This document shows positions 62,501 to 64,000 of a stretch of DNA of 64,000 nucleotides, piece by piece; position 1 is the first letter of the stretch, and each line of letters starts with the position of its first letter. The notes beneath the pieces are model-generated. The model saw only the letters and a list, made by a program, of their open reading frames with translations. It had not been told where the DNA came from and ran no database searches. Source of the stretch: Lama glama (lineage: Eukaryota); NCBI GenBank assembly GCA_028534125.1, contig CM052818.1:46998001-47062000 (forward strand), given 5' to 3'. A program made the translations under genes and the position numbers.

Positions 62501-64000
62501 GAGTCACGAGACTGCACATTTGCTAAGGGTGGGTGGGGTCTGATGGCTCAGGTGGGTAGCAAGTGTCCCGCCTGGACTCCTGGGCACCTCAGAGGTTGAG
62601 AGAGGGAACGAACCTGAGTTCCAGGGTGACGTGGGGAGAAGTGCACTGAGATTGGAAGTCCGATCCCAAATAAGGCTGTCCTGGGACAAGTTCAGGCAGC
62701 TGGAGTTGATAATACGGGATTAGAGAGCCCAGGGGATGCAGGGTCTGGGCGGGTGGTCTGGGGTTGTCCCCGAGGCAGGGTGGGAGAGGAGGGCAGGGGG
62801 GACACCTGAGTCAGGCGACAAGCCACATCTGGTGTTCCTGCGGCCTGCTGTGTAGACAGGCCAGCCCGGTTCCCCTTAAGACTAATACAAAGAGAACATT
62901 CTTTCTGACTCTGTCTGGAAGATGTGCCCCCAACTGAGAGCGGTGCCACCCCCTTCCCTTTGACATGGATGATGACTTTCCAAGGTTGCCTCCGCTGCTC
63001 CCGAGTGGCAGTGTTTACAAGGAAAAATCAACGAGTCACTTCAGCTGCAGTATTTATACCCACCCATAAAACCGCACGTGGAAGCCACAAACAGAGTTAT
63101 TTGTGATTTTTTGAAAATTTGGCCCTTAAAGGGCATTAGCGGGAACATTGTGCCATTAGCACAGATTGTTTTTAAAACACTTGAAAAGATCCAAATTCTG
63201 CTGGATTTGGGGGCCAAGTAGATTGGAAATTGTGTGTTGAATCCCAGGATCTCATTCAGGGTAGTCGCGTGCGTGAGAACAGAGAGCCGCGTAGCTCCGG
63301 CCTCTGTTGTGCAGGGCGGTGGTCCGACCCTGGACACATCTCTGTCAGCGCATCCGGCCGTCCCTGGGCCCCAGAAGTTCACCTGCAGACCCCTCCTGGG
63401 GGCTTCTTTCTGGCTTGAGTGCCTCATGGGGCCTTCAAGGAGCCATCACAGGTCCGTGTCTCAGACACAGGGCTCTGTGTGTCTGTGTCCCCGTCACTGC
63501 CCAGAGGAGGAAGTCCCAGCTCCGTCCCCTCTGCCCTCTCTGCAAATGCCAAGCCCCAGGTCTACCAGACCTCCTGGGTTGCCTCCAACACCGTGGCGTC
63601 GGTTGCCCGTGTCTGGAATGTTCTCGCAGAGTGCGATGGCCCCAGTCCCCCGGGGCCTTATCTCTGTGACAGGCCCCAAGCCGGCCAGTCAGAATCCCGC
63701 CTGCGAACTGCAAAAGTGGTCGGAGCCTAGCTTGCCGGCGCCTGGAGCAGAGCCGGCCAGGGGCTGGGCCGTATGAACCGCTGCCCCGGCTCCAGCCCTC
63801 CTGGGACCTGATCTTCGGTTTTCCTTCTGCTCTGGGACATATCTCTGTGGCTCCTTTCTTCTTGATAATTGTGTGAAGTTATTCAGAGCTTATCACGTGC
63901 TTTGCTGAGGACTTCAACGTACACCATTTTGCTTCAAAACCTCCTATTACATCCGTATCACAGACGAGGAAACAGTCTCAGAAAGTCTGCAAAACCCCCT

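Noticed and set aside
1..64000. CRISPR array, operon, or prokaryotic/viral defence system
   Set aside because: No regularly spaced repeats and no gene-dense coding; the content is that of mammalian repeat-rich non-coding DNA, and many listed ORFs rely on GTG/TTG starts

Overview
Mammalian non-coding genomic DNA (intergenic or deep-intronic), most likely camelid, judging by four tRNA-derived SINEs resembling the camelid vic-1 family. I found no intact protein-coding gene, structural RNA gene or CRISPR array, and cannot identify the host locus; most ORF-track entries are chance ORFs or repeat relics. The window is a mosaic of old eutherian repeats (L2, MIR, MER53, MER5, MLT1, MER31, old L1), younger L1 3' ends, a clean ERV1-type solo LTR, CpG-rich patches and enhancer-like motif clusters. 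The most notable structure is an ancient, decayed two-LTR ERV-L provirus (LTR16-like LTRs with gag-pro-pol relics, ~25.4-30.3 kb). Its gag carries two nested insertions about 160 bp apart: an internal, tail-less L1 ORF2 fragment and a 5'-truncated processed pseudogene of PSMA5. Secondary leads are candidate exons and microexons, apparently GC-shifted old repeats (one giving a CpG-rich patch with a canonical TATA box) and small template-switch-like structures. Repeat names come from recalled consensus sequences, not a database search, and boundaries are approximate unless TSDs are given. I see no convincing evidence of a wholly new biological system.
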